DNA of 64,000 nt from Octopus vulgaris (Eukaryota): NCBI GenBank assembly GCA_951406725.2, contig OX597818.1:8804001-8868000 (forward strand), read 5' to 3'. The first letter of the stretch is position 1. Each line of letters starts with the position of its first letter. The position numbers and the translations under genes are program-made. Positions 39,949-54,319 of this stretch are shown piece after piece. The notes under the pieces were generated by a model. That model was not told the DNA's origin, searched no databases, and was given only the letters and a program-made list of their open reading frames with translations.

Positions 39949-41608
39949 TCGTTCTTACTTCGCACTTCATTATACACATACTTTACTTCGATATTATCAA
40001 TAGCGATATTGTTTCCTTGCCGGAAATAATCGTCATAATCATTATCGTCAAAAGTACTGATGTTTATGAGATATGATTTCTCCAAATATTCGCCGTCACA
40101 GAAAATGATAAAGAGTAGAGATGTAACTTTCTTTAATTAAATTGAAATGAGTAATTATTTTAACAACAGTTAAATAATATCAGCATTAATTCAGAATCTG
40201 TTTTCTTTTTTCAATTGCATATTTTCATTCATTATAACTAAAAAACCTTTTAATTTCATTTTATTCTTATCAAATTGCAATGACCAGTCCAGTGTTAGAA
40301 AGACAGCTCCAAATATTTTATTCTGAATCTTTGCTTATATTTGTCCTCTTCCTATTCTTTAAATAGTGTCACGCATCTGTCTTGATTAATGCTTGCTACG
40401 CTTTATCCCCAGCACGACCTTATAACTTCATTATTGTTTGTCTAGCAATGTAACACAGAGCAAACTCAACTAAGCCTCTCCTATCCTTTAATCCTTCTAA
40501 TGCTGCTGCTGATATTTAAGCACTAGCCATTTAATGGAATGTCACAAAACTCTCAATAAATAAACTCATCTCAGAACTCCCTTATCAATTAGATTAATAA
40601 GAAAACTAAAGACCTAATTTCTGAGCAGCTAAAACTGTACTTTATGTCTTAACACTATTCATGTATACTGGCTGTCTGAGATAATTCCCATTGTCGTCGT
40701 CCTTCTTGCTTTTGGTTTGGATTTTTTCTGCTTTTGCTTCTTAGTAGTAGTAGTAGTAGTAGTAGTAGTAGAAGTAGTAGTAGTAGTTGTTGTTGTTGTT
40801 TTCATGGCTGTGATTTCTAATGGCGGCGATTATAAGTTTATTTCGTAGAACACTCGATTTTAAACCAGAAGCCCCGACAGGTAATCAAGTTATCTACTCG
40901 TTTATGAAAGATCACATTTGCATCTGGCTTTACATCGCTAGAATTCCGCCTTCGATCGCCCTCAAATCTTAGTATTATCTACACTATTTTACACTATTTT
41001 AGTAGAATACAATCAGAATCTTATAGTCATTACTTGTTCAGTTTTATAATTTTCTTCTCCGTTACTGATTTAATTTTTCTAAAACATATTTTAAGAAAAC
41101 GTAACTATCATTGCTCTAAATTATTACACACTAAAAGACATTATCGTTAGTATGTCTATCTAACAGTTATACAGAACGTTTTCCTGGATATTTTCCGACT
41201 TTCATATATTTAAATAACCATTTTTTAAACTTATAAGTTCTGCTACTTTATAACTACCAAAAGAAATATATCTCATTTTATAACTAGCTGAATTTCAATT
41301 CCTAGTTTAATAATATTTTATTTGAAGTAGAGCATATGACAACAAATATTTAAAATATCCAAATAGAAGTTCTTTGCATCATGATCTGAAATGTAAATTT
41401 TTTTTTTAACGTGATGATGGAAGCTCGATGTCTCCAATGTTTATTTGCCTCCATTACGGGTTGCATATTTTGTTGACCTACAACTACAAAATTATGATAG
41501 CTCTCCGAGACTCCAGAAACACCTTTCCTCTTCCCATTTAATTTTCTCAGTCGTTTGGACTATGTCTAAATTTGATCCATTAATATAAATATCTGTATAT
41601 AATATTTG

Positions 41609-41668
41609 TACTTAGATCTTCATTGTCTAAAGTCTTCATACTTAGATCTTCATTGTCTAAAGTCTTCA
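41609..41668. repeat. 30-bp perfect tandem duplication
   Basis: tacttagatcttcattgtctaaagtcttca x2. Confidence 0.95.
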
Positions 41669-41797
41669 GATTTTGTTTTTTTCTCGTCGTGCATGTTTAC
41701 ATATATACATATTGTGTATATCAGATACAAGTTGTTATATTTAATTTGGCTATCCGCATAATTGCCTCACTTTCTTCTTCCCCACCCCTTCTCTCTC

Positions 41798-41865
<68 letters not shown>

Positions 41866-41989
41866 CTATCTTTCTATCTATCTATCTACCTATCTATCTA
41901 TCTATCTATTTATCAATCTATCAATCTATCTATATCCCTATCTAAATGGAATGTTGACAGATCGGCTTCAAGTAAGTTGGCCTTGTTTG

Positions 41990-43201
41990 GTTAGAAAAAA
42001 ACAGTTTGTTGTTACTTATTTTTTGTCAAGGAGATGTTTAACATCTCCTTCAACTTAAGTAAGTCTTTTAATAACAAATTCACCCGCTGCGGGTGAATTT
42101 TCAAACTTTAAAACATATTCTTCAGTTTTCTTTTGTCATCTAAGCGAAAATGGCTAAATCAAACAAAGAAGCCAGCTTTCCTCTCATTGACTTCCCACCA
42201 CTGCCGAAGCCGGAAGAGAGGGAAGATGAAAAGAACGTCGTTTCGCTTGAACGCACACACAAGAACGCCAGTCTAGCCGTAGAAGATATGAACAAAGACA
42301 AACACAAACCTCCATCACTGCCACCACCACTAACACGAACACAAAATAATTTTGCCGCAGCTTTGAAGCTGAAGAAAAAATTATGTCCTTTTCGAAGGAA
42401 GAACTGCTTGCTTGCAAGATAATGTTTTAAAAAATTAACACATTATACAACTTCAAACACCGCAAAAAATCATAGAAGACGTTTAAAAAAAAACGACCAT
42501 ATATAAAACACTCAACTTAAAAACAAAACTTTTCGAAACTGCCTCCCAAAAATCAGTAGAAAAATGTTTAAGGCCCATATGGGCCTTTAAAGAATACATC
42601 CCCAGAGGAAAAATTTTGCCACAATCGAAGTTAGATACGAAATTGAAGAACGAGCACATGACTTCTCCAGGAAATCCTTTGAATGCGAAAACCTTATCAT
42701 GATCGCTACATTCCTTGATCGTAGGGTCACAAAAATAAAGATCAAAGATGTGCCCCTTGAGATACACATAATATGGCTTGTGTCTGCCATTTTTATGATA
42801 TCGAGGTGGCAATCCCCATCTTAGAAATCGCTGTCTAGACCAGCAAAATTGGATTGATAAAGTAGTAGAAATCCTGTACAAGTTGATCTAATCAGTATTG
42901 GAATGATTTCACATCTCATCAAACTGGTAGACGGTTCGAATTTATATGTGGCTGTCGAAGGCAGAAAGTCACGTTACTACGTTTGTGGTAGCAAACCACA
43001 CTTAAAAATTGACAATTAGCACAGAAGCAACAACGACAATATCAAGAACAGTAACACAAACACCCAACTATCACTGTTACCCACACCGCCATATGCACAA
43101 CTGATAAAACAGCTCAACCAACAAATGAAAGAACATCAGCAACCAACAAGGCAGCCCAACCAAACGACACTACCATCAGCGCCACCAAGAACAGAAACAC
43201 C

Positions 43202-43232
<31 letters not shown>

Positions 43233-44356
43233 TCTCCAAAAGAAGAAAAGAAAAAACAAACGGACTCATACCCCACCCCCAAAAACTCATACACCACATC
43301 CCAACTGTCACCAACCAGCACCAACACCAACAGCAAAATAAATATTAACACACTCAGAAATAGATCCCAATACCCTTCCTCTCCCAGTTTCTGATACCTC
43401 CGACATGTCGTCGTCGGAATACGACACAGAGGATTGGCAAGCGGCCTCAGGGCGAAGGAGAAAAGGGCGAAAAAGAAGAGAGAAGGAAACAAACAAAGCA
43501 GGAAGGCTTACCGCTCCCGAAACCAGCACACCCGCAGAAAACAAAAGCATTAACACAAACACACAAACACCAAATGGCCTCACAATGTTGACAGCTATAA
43601 ACACTAATAATTAAGACCTAGTGGAATTCATTAGGTCAAACACCGACATAACAGAAAACGATTCCAAAACAAATAATCACCTACGCACAACACCACGTCA
43701 ACACATTAGAATCATACATACAACACAGAACACACACAACGCACTGAAATCTCTGTATCCGGATGCAGTAGGGAGATTTCAAAAATACCCTAAAAAAAAA
43801 AAACTGTACAAAAACCTTCTGGGAGAAGACTGCGGTAAAGGACAAACAACTTTCGAACAGTAAGTGACTCTCCCCCATCTCTCTCTCTTTCTCTCCCTCT
43901 CTCTCTCTCCTCTCATTCTCCTTCGTCTTCCTTTTGTGTGTAACCCAACTTTCGATAGGAACATGCTCAGAATATGCAGTGTAAATGTACGTGGCTTGGG
44001 GTCTCCTTGGAAACAAAGCTACCCAGTTAAATGACATCAAGTCACAGAATGTGCACATCATAGCCATCAGTGAGACCAGACTCTACAACCCGCGGACCAT
44101 CCAGCACATGTTCAAAGAACGTTTCGACATTTATTTTCCTCCGTGTCTGCCGAGAATGGGTGGAGGTGCTACCGCAGTGCTTTTTCGGAAGAGTCTGGAC
44201 CTCAGAGTAAGAACAATATTCCGAGACCCGGAGGTAGGCTGGTCGTCTTGGATGTCGATGGCAATAATGGGTGTGCTTCTCGACTAATAACAGTTTGTGC
44301 GGTCAGCCAGATTTCCTTCGACGTCTAGTGGTTTCCCTTGGAACGTCTCGACCTTA
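41990..44356 (+). mobile_element. L1/Tx1-like LINE 5' half (ORF1 relic and APE start)
   Basis: LNDIKSQNVHIIAISETR..GGATAVLFRK; ggtcagccagattt..cgacgtctag matches GQPEYFRRLE of the 26143 copy. Confidence 0.8.
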
Positions 44357-46165
44357 CAGTCTATGTATCTGGCAGTAGCATATCCCAGTGTTTCAGCAGC
44401 ACATTGAAGAACCTGGTCTTGAAAATCTTCCCATGCTGCAGTATATTCAATGCTGGTCATGCGAGTCTGAAGCTCTTTCCTCAACACAGCATTATATATC
44501 TTGTGGACATTCAGACGCCGAGGAATGCCGACTGGCCTTCTTTTCACTTTCACTCTAATCATCATCTGGAACATTGCTAGCACCAGACTGTGGTCTGTCC
44601 AGCATTCCGTCCCACGAAAGGTCTTGACATTACAAATATCATAGAGGTTACGCTTGCGGATGATGACATAATCCAGCAAGTGACAAACTTTAGACCTTGG
44701 ATGCATCCACTTTGCTGTGTGATCAGCTTAGTGCATAAAATAAGTGCTTGCGATGCAAAGTTCATGTTTATCGCAAAGCTCCATCAGCAAGAGACCATTG
44801 CTATTCATTTTCCCTACACTAAAACATCCTAGAGAGTTATATGTTTGCCAGTCTGTTCCAACCCTGGCATTGAAATCCCCCAGTAGAATGACTTTATCAG
44901 AACTGGGGATTTTCCAAAGTATGGCTCTCAGCTAGGTATAAAAATAGTTTTATCTTCATCACAACTAGCCAAAGTAGGTGCATAGGCACTTATTAGAGAA
45001 GCAAACCGCCCACCTTTCAGGTGTAATCGTAGAGTCATTAGACGTTCCTTTATAGGAACAGGAAGCTCCTCCAACTTCTTAAAGTATATCAGATCGAACT
45101 GCAAAGCGAACACCAGCCTCTCTGCGCTTCCCATTCTGCCTCCCCTTCGAAAAAAAAAAGGTGTATCCTCCAACTTTCTCAAACTGACCATCTATACAAG
45201 TCTCTGAACGTGAAGCTATATCAATGTTTATAACGGCTCAGCTCACGAGCAACAGATGCAGTGCATTTTTCATGCCTACAATCACTCTTATTATCTAACA
45301 GTGTACGCACATTCCAACATGAAATGTTCAAGTCCCACCTAGATTTTGCAAACAAAAGTCTCTTTGGTTTTCGAGCGCAGGTTGGACATCCGTCAGTTGC
45401 GATGAACTGACCAGATATAGAAAGACAGGCAATTTTTGGTTCACTTTTCTTGAACCTCCCCGGCCTCCAGGCGAGTAGTGTCCCCTCCAGATGGAGCTGC
45501 TCAGATACCCATGCAACAACCGAATCCTACCGCTGTCTTGGGCGTTAAAGAGACAACTTTATATCTAGCATGGGCTGCCTACGTGCAGGTCACTAACTAC
45601 ATGCTTCCAACTTGTCAAGTGTGCATGCTTCACCACCTTTCCATCGCCGCAAGACCTCTGAATAAAAATAAAATTAAAATATACTAAAAATAAATAAATA
45701 TATAAATATATAATAAAAACAAAGATACATATATACTGAAAGTAAAATAAATATATATAATGGAGTGAAGCAATACATATCGAGCAGAGGTCAGCATTAC
45801 CTGTGCAGAGTTTTCGGTCCAATAAGGCTTGCACGACACCTCATATACCCTCATATACTCCACTTTAATAATATTATTCAGAGACAAGCCGAAGCAAGAT
45901 GTATGGTGCCAATATGAGTCGCAGACTCAGAGATGTGGGAGCGCCATGATCTCTAGCACAAACAAAAGAGCTCCAAAATGTCCAACGCCATTCCCTGCAT
46001 ATCTGGTTTTATATCAGAGTGACCTTCTCCTAGAGACATGCTTAAAAAGAAGCTGAGGGGCACCTCACTCCCAGTGTTCTTTCAGCACGCCGGACACCAT
46101 CCCGGAATTTCTGCGTAACTGTGCTATTGCTAGATAGCCGTTGAGCCTGCACTAGGTTCATCCGA
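44357..46165 (-). mobile_element. RTE-clade LINE 5' half (5' UTR and APE), with an AT-rich interruption ~45660..45890
   Basis: ERLMTLRLHL..SLISAYAPTL, LLGDFNARVG, WMHPRSK..HLLDYVI..ECWTDHSLV. Confidence 0.88.
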
Positions 46166-46179
46166 CCTTTCAATAAGTA

Positions 46180-47917
46180 AATTGAATCTTGGTAGGGCAC
46201 CTAGAAATGATAGAATTTGTGCTGAGATCTTGCGATTTAGTGGTTATTTCATCGTACAGTCCTTTCATGAAATTATTAGTGCAGTCCGGAGGGATGGTAC
46301 AATGCGTAAGGACTGGAAGGATGCAATTATTCTCCCTCTCTATATAGGAAAAGGAGCCAGAACAAAGCGTGGTAACTATAGAGGTATTGCTGTACTATCA
46401 GCTGCTCGCAAGGTTCTGGCAAATATTCTTCTTACCCACCTTCATGGGTGTCTCGTAACTGATGTCCATTCTGAATCTCAAATGAATATGATTTTTACAG
46501 CAACACAGAGGCAGGGGAAGTGCTACAAGCAGAATATGGATCTTGTCCAGGTTTTCATTGATTTTATGAAGGACTTTGATACTGTGAAAAGGGCCTTGCT
46601 ATGGAAAATACTTGGCAAACTTGGGTGCCCAGATTACCTTGTATCTACAATTAAATCATTTCATGAAGAGATGGAGGCTTGGATCAATATTGGTGGTGGC
46701 ATGGCAGGACCCATTCCTGTAGAGCATGGTGTCAATCAGGGTGACATCCGTGCCCCAACATTGCTTTCTTTGTACTTTTCTGTTGATTTTAATTATGCTT
46801 TTGCTAAGGTTTGCTCTCTGGGAATATATGTCAGGTATCAATCTTCTGGCCGCCTCTTTTATCTGCGCCGATTTGCTGCCAATTTATAAGATTTTCAATC
46901 TCTTATTCCTGACCTCCTTTATGCAGATGACTTTGACTTACAGTAGATGGCATGCAAATACTTATGAATTGTATTTCTGCTTCTTGCCAGGCATTTGAAC
47001 TCTGCATTGACCTGGACTAGACTGTTGTAATGTTCCAGCCGGCACCAGGAAATTCATATGTGGAACAAGCTATCTTGGTTGAAGGAACTATTCTGAAAGT
47101 GGTAGACAAGTTTGTCTACCTGGGCAGCACAATCAGCCGTTCGTGCTCCCTGGATGATGAAATATCTTTCAGGCTGCAGAGAGCAATTGATTCATTCCGG
47201 TCTCTTCAGTATCGTGTCTGCTCCCAGCATGGAATCACAAAGCAAAAAAAAAGTTGTGTACCGTGCATGTGTACTGACATCGCTCATTTACTCATGTGAG
47301 ACATGGACCCTTTACAAACGTCATTTAAAGATCCTTGAACACTTTCATTAGAGATGTCTCAGACACATTCTGAATGTTAGCTGAACTTCAAAATCTCCAG
47401 ACACACAAGTCCTGAGAACAGCTGATATCATGAAAATTGAGGCGATGGTGAACAAGCACCGGTTACGTTGGACTGGACACCTTATTAGAATGAAGGATAG
47501 CAGGATCCCTAAGCAGGTGCTATAGGGGAACCTGTGAATGGAAAGATACCCCGGCAGAAACTAAGGCTGCGATTTAAAAACTGTGCCAAGTCCTCATTAA
47601 AGGTCTGTGATATGCAGGAGACTGACTGGGAGAGCAATGTCTATCATCGCAACAAATGGAGTAAGCTGGTTAAGGACGGGTTCGACACGTTTGAGAGAAC
47701 ACGTATTATGCATGAAGAACTTAAGCGTGCTGCGAGAAAGTGCACTGCTGGTGTAGTGAATGGGGAAAGATTGGTTTGTAATGTTTGTAATCGTGTATGC
47801 TTGGTAAGAGCAGGACCCATTAGCCACCAACGGAGCCGCAAATGCAAGATGTTAGTCCTACAGCGTACAATGTTCCTGAAGGTTAGCAATAGTTTTCCTC
47901 GGTCACAAGTGGACGGC
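46180..47917 (+). mobile_element. RTE-clade LINE 3' half (RT and C-terminal C2H2)
   Basis: GNYRGIAVLS, FIDFMKDFDTV, GVNQGDIRAPTL, LYADD, FVYLGSTIS, YSCETWT, RLRWTGH, CNVCNRVC..G..SH. Confidence 0.93.
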
Positions 47918-48439
47918 TTTCCTTTATTTCACTGTTGTCTATATCAAATGGTGGTGAAGTTACTTTCCAAAATATGTGTCTATGTGTGTGTGTGCGTGTG
48001 TGTGTGTGTCTATACATACATGCATACATACGTACATACATACATACATACATACATACATACACACGTTTGTCAGTCGAGTCTACAAAATAGTGATTGG
48101 AGCGATTATCGAATGAAGTATCCGATAGAAAATGAAAGATATCAGATGAGGTTAAAAGTACAGCTATATTAAAGTATATTACTAAAATATAATATGTCTG
48201 CAGGAGAATCATACTAGTGATGGTCTGCTAGAGTTGCAATAAATAAATAATAATCAGCAGAATAAATTAGACACTTTAGTATGAAGTTTTGTACTGTATG
48301 AAATGCTAACATTTCCAGTTTAATTTGGTTTACAAAATATATAGAAATATTTTTCCATTTCCTTTTTTTTTATGCCTTTATTTATTTTGAGATATGATAA
48401 TATTTATTGCTGAAGGCTCTTGTAAATTACGTTCTAAAA

Positions 48440-48657
48440 TTCGTTAAGAATTTCGAGGTGGGTATAAATCGATTACATTGAACCCAGTTCTCAACCGCTA
48501 TTTAGTTTATCGATCCTAGTGCTCTACTGGTACTGATTTTATCAACCCCCAGCGGATGAAAAGCAAAGTTGATCTCGGTAGTATTTGAGCAATGAACGCA
48601 GAAACGGACAAAAGCAATTTGTCCGGCGTATTAACGTTTCTGCTAGATCACCGCTTT
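48440..48657 (-). mobile_element. tRNA-derived SINE, degraded
   Basis: tggtact..ttttatc.acccc..ggatgaaaagcaaagttga.ctcgg matches the reverse complement of the 34337 family. Confidence 0.8.
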
Positions 48658-51209
48658 AATAGTTTTATGTAGAATAATATAGCATGCGACCGCTAAATCT
48701 AACCACATTAATTCTCTGTCTCTTTATCCGAGGTCATATTACCATTGTCTTACATTGTCCTTTATGTCCACAAAATGTTTTTGGAAGTTCAATCAAATAT
48801 GCATTGTCATAGTTATTACTCGGAGAAACCATTTTAGTAACTTAAGTTTCTTTGAAGAGAATGCTTGATTACTGTTTAACTCAAATTAAGCTCCAACTGA
48901 GAAAACTTATGATCAACATTCTTTCAAAGGTCAACATATATTTTCTCAATCACAGTGCATGTGGCACAATAGCTTCCATAGGTTTTGTGTGACTTTTCTT
49001 TTAGCAGGTCGAATGAGTGGGTAGACGTTTTCTCTTCTCTTTTCTCGAAAAAGGCTTTCCTTTATTTCACTGTTGTCTATATCAAATGATGGTGAAATTA
49101 CTTTCGAAAATATAATTATGAATTCATAGATTAGGTTGATTGGTAGTCTAAAGAAAATTTTATGCTCTGTTGCATTAAAAAATTAGTTAGAGAATAAAAA
49201 CTAATTGTAAGTTTACGTTTAGTTGTAAAATGTATACAACATTTGAATTATTGTTACAAAACTATTTTAATTTGCGACTTGATCTTTTTGATACAGATTC
49301 ATTTATAACATTTTTGTCTTAATGTATTCCAGTCTGAAGGCTGTGGTTAGGCTGGGGCATTATTTATTGTTATACATTCATTAGTTATTTTATATCTTCT
49401 TATCATTATTACTAAATCCTTATGATTAATAATTCACCGAAAATGTGTGCTATAATTGATAAAGTAGTAAATGACGACCAGGCTATTAATATCTTACAAA
49501 ACACTTTTTGTTGATCTACGTTCTGAATACAAGTGTTATTGAGGGTCATCAATATAAATACTTGAGTGAACAAGAACATTAATCATTTGCAAAATAGATA
49601 AATTTATTTTAAGATTTGAGAATATAGCACACACTTTGATAAATATACTCATTCTTAATTTGAGACATATCATATCAAGTTTAACAAATCATTTAGTCAT
49701 GCTGGGAGACATAATATATTCATGTTAGGAAGGTTTATGCATTTACATTTTAACATATAACACATCGTGTGATATAAAACAGAAGCATTGTACAAGATAA
49801 TGTAGTTAGCGCGAGATGCATAATTAAATTACATTGAAAACCTCTACGTATTCACACGACCTGCTAGAAACAGAAAGGAAATCTGTATTAAAGCACACGT
49901 TGACGTTTTAAAGAAAGGAAATATTCTATAAGATTATCTGTTGGTCAATGCACTTGATTTTAAAGAACCGGACGTTTACGGCTTGAGTATCTTCCTTCAT
50001 AAATATGTTTTAACGAGAATGACACGGGCTGTCATAGGGACGTCAATACTAACAGCATTTTGAGACATTAGTATATATATTACATATAGTACAGATGCTA
50101 TAAATTGTTTTGCTCGTTTAAGATTTCATGTCGCAAGTTAATTATGCTGATATCACATGCTCTTTGCTCAATTTATAGAAGATTCTGAATGTATAGGAAA
50201 CATATTAATGAGGAAAAAAGATCTCATATTTTAAAGCACAACTCAGCCATAATGTGAAACACGTTATTCCGTGGTATGTTGCATAGGGGTAGCGTATATC
50301 ACTGCTGCATCTAATCATCCACAGCAATATAAGCTAGATTTAAAAGTTACGTCTTAAAATCCACAAGTTTAACTTTGTAAAATATTTAACCATTGTGAAA
50401 AAAGTGCATTGTTTTTTTTTCTGTGAAATCGTGAAGCTTCATATTCAAATATTAGATATATTGAAAACGCGTTTCTTTCTCTTTACTAATACACGACTTT
50501 ATGGAACTAACTAAAAACCGAAGGGTGTTCTTAAGATGTAATCCAGTGAAGAGATCTTAAATGAAACAAAAACCCTTTGATGAATCTTACTGAGTTCTCA
50601 TGTTACATTTACTCGGAGATGTAATGATTTCTCAATAACTTGAGGGAATACATTCTCCAGCAAGTTCTCTTGCAAAAATGGCAATCATTCTAAAAGGCTG
50701 AAAACATCGTGGATTTACAAATAATCAAAATGGACGTGCCGTTATTAAAATTTCTAGAAGTTCTGTTACACAGCTTCAAGCTGACTGGCATTCATCGAGT
50801 TCCAGCTGAATCACATATATTTGGTTAATAGCAGGCAATCATTCGTAGTTTACACTTCAACAAGATCAGAAGTCTTATCAATGAAAAGGGGAGGACTTAC
50901 TCCATAAGTAAGGACCATCTAATGAAGCATTTGAGTACTTCCTTATATGACAGTCGCTGCAATTTCACAAACAATATAAGCAAACACAAAAATGGAAATT
51001 GGTTAAATCGAAAACGAATTTCTTGTTCAAATATATCTTATAGTAACATTATCATTGCTCAATAGCACAGGCAATTTCAGACACACATACGGTGAGAGAA
51101 AGTGTCTCGATTCCAATGATTTTTCTTCAGCCGAGAATAGACATTATCTTCAGAATCATTCTTAGTGATGCACTCTGAATCCCAAGCATCACGTATGGAT
51201 TAATGAAAA

Positions 51210-51563
51210 TCTGCACACACATACACGCGCGCACACATACATATATACACACACACATACACGCACGCAAACACGCACATACACACACACACGCACTCAT
51301 ACACACAAACGCGTACGCAAGCACACGCGCGTTAGCGCGCGCAAACACAAATACACGCACATACGCGTGCGTGCCATTACCACGACCATCACATGAACAC
51401 AAACCTGTATACATGAAAACATATATACACACACAAATGCGTATGAGTATGCATATGTAGATACAGAAATATATGCATATGTTTTTGTTCATATATATAT
51501 ATATGTAATATACACACAGACTCATGCACAGACGCATATATAAATATACATATATATATACAT

Positions 51564-51606
<43 letters not shown>

Positions 51607-51628
51607 TATATATATATATACATATATG
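51210..51628. repeat. (CA)/(CG)/(TA) compound microsatellite
   Basis: Seen directly. Confidence 0.93.
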
Positions 51629-52689
51629 TGTTACTCAGCATTAAAGTAAGAATGTATGTGTTACATTGCTGGTAATATTTTGCGCTTCTTGCGTTATTGG
51701 AATTCGTATTTGTTTGATACAGATGTTGTAGTTAAAATTACATTTAAATCCTAAACAAAGCAGATTTTTTTGTTCGCATCACTTCAAGCATGCTACATTT
51801 GTTTGGCATTTTGGTTGAAAAAAGAACAGATTTGTTTGTTTTATGTAAGAAAATTACATAGCAAAATATTATGGAACGCAGAACAAGGAAATTAAACGAG
51901 AAAAAGCATATTGAAAAAGAAAACAAGGAGAAATGGTAAAAAAATTTATTACGGAACGATTACATTATTCTTCCATTTTATTTATCTTCCCTGATCTTCA
52001 TTCTCTGTCTGCTTTCGTTTACATTCCTACCCCTATTTCCTTTTCTTCTCACCTCTCTATATCTCACTCAGTAACACACTTCCGCTCTCTTTCTAATATC
52101 TCTTTGAAATGAACGAAAACTTATCGTTGCGCCTAATGCCTGGCGGGCTCATGTATAATAACTGATATCTTAATGTGAGCAGCAGATTTCCTGAGAATGG
52201 CACCATCATATCCTGCTGGACATAACTGTTCTTAAACAACACTATTATTGCTATTTGCTCAATGGCCGTTATATTTTCACTTCTAATTATTTCCACGTTA
52301 AACAAGGAGACATAACAAACCTACTTCTCACGACAACATTGTATGTGTTCTCTTACTCTATCTGTTTTCAGTCTCTCCCATCTCATAACACACTCAGCTT
52401 CTCTCCTTTTAATCAACCACCTTATGAGACTCTCTCTCCTTCTCAATCTGCCGTTCTCTTATTCTATTTTGCATCTTGTCTGCATGCTGCATTTATCCTT
52501 TCCTAAACTTAGTGTGTGTGTATATATGTGTGTGTGAGTGAGTGAGTAAATGAGTGAGTATGTGTGTGTATGATACCTACACCTCTACATTCACTCATAA
52601 ATATATGGAGCAGGAATCATCATCATCTTTGTATTCTTGTATTAATCTTTGCTTAGAATACATTACATGCTGATATAGATGCACATTGA

Positions 52690-52721
52690 AATACACATAT
52701 CTATTTGTATATATATTGTGC

Positions 52722-52763
<42 letters not shown>

Positions 52764-52797
52764 GTATATAAATATGCATATCCATACACGCACACAT

Positions 52798-52836
<39 letters not shown>

Positions 52837-53460
52837 AGTATGTATGTATGTATGTATGTATGTATATAAAAGAGAATAAACTGGTGTACCAGAAGAACAT
52901 TATAGCAAATTTTCTCCACCAATTTCTTTATTACCTTATCTATTTTGAGCATCACATGATATTTATGCTATTTTCCCATTCTTTAGAAGTCTACCAACAT
53001 TATTTACTTTATCATTTACCGCTTATCTTTCCCGGCCACGTTCAGGTTTGCAAACTAATATTGCAATTTAACCTCTATTTTCGCTTTTGTTCTACAATAT
53101 TTGCTATTTTCCCTATAATCTGCCGGATTTATATACATATAAATAATTGTACGTATGATGTGTGTTGTATATATATATATATATATATATATATGCATGT
53201 ATATGCATATATATATATGTATATATACATATACACACACACACGCGCGCACATATATATGTATTAGATACATATAAAGGTATCATAGATATATAGGTGT
53301 GTGTGTGTGTATTTATGTGGGTATATGAATGTATATATATTTGCGTGTGGGTATAAGTGTGTGTGCGTGTAGAGAGGGGGGAGTGTGTGCAAAGGTGAGA
53401 GGGAGAGAGGGAGAGTAGGAAGACAGGCAGGCAGGCAGATAGATAAATAGATATTTATTA
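52690..53460. repeat. Several (TA)/(TG)/(TATG)/(GA) microsatellite blocks
   Basis: Seen directly. Confidence 0.88.
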
Positions 53461-53917
53461 ACAGTGACACATCAGCATTTGCGTGTAGGCAATTCAATGA
53501 AAAGTTGTTAAAACTTGAATCTCCCTGAGCAAATGTATTGTTGCTCTTCCTTCGATCAATTTATGTGCATAGAAGATACATGTACTATGATAAATCAAAT
53601 TGCTTAGTTCTAGTATTGTGGATATCTAATACCGCTACACTCTTTCGGACAATATTGGTATTTCTTGTCTATGCCTTCATCGAAGAGCTTTTCAATGTAA
53701 ATAGGTTTTCATTAGAAATGAAATTATAACGGCACTTATTATGCATATGTATACTACATTAATTCGGGGGTCGTATGCTAAATAGGTGCGTTGTATAAAT
53801 TCTTTGATAATATGTGCATTCATTAAAATCAACTATCCAGGAGATGATTTAACTTTCAATTTTATTAAAATATATTTTAGCACATACCCGAAAATTGTTC
53901 GCAAATTTGTGCAGCAC

Positions 53918-53975
<58 letters not shown>

Positions 53976-53978
<3 letters not shown>

Positions 53979-54319
53979 ATTGCAGCGTGGAAGGTGTTTA
54001 TAAGCCATTTAAGAAACACACAAAAGCCGTTCGATTCACTTCAACATTTAAGTTTAATTTGTCAAAATATTTTCGTCGCTAAAATCTGCGACCTGTTCAC
54101 TGACAAAAATCCGTGCTGCATCGCATTTTGTCAGTGAACAGGTCGCAGATTTTAGCGACGAAAATATTTTGACAAATTAAACTTAAATGTTGAAGTGAAT
54201 CGAACGGCTTTTGTGTGTTTCTTAAATGGCTTATAAACACCTTCCATGCTGCAATTGTTTTCGTTTCAGCACACGATTTCAGATCAAATTACTTGCTATG
54301 CGAGTACATCTCCGTAACG

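Noticed and set aside
47534-48172. 212-aa ORF with a C2H2 motif as a host zinc-finger gene
   Set aside because: It is the RTE C-terminus reading through into flank and microsatellite.
48660-50050. Possible ancient SINE remnants (gacctgcta.aaa at ~49858 and reverse complement at ~49005)
   Set aside because: Too decayed to delimit or classify by eye.
50500-52320. Possible host exons or conserved elements in unique-looking DNA (also 61690..61990 with an ETS-like ccggaagt)
   Set aside because: No recognisable protein motif or convincing splice-bounded frame; cannot be supported without RNA or homology data.
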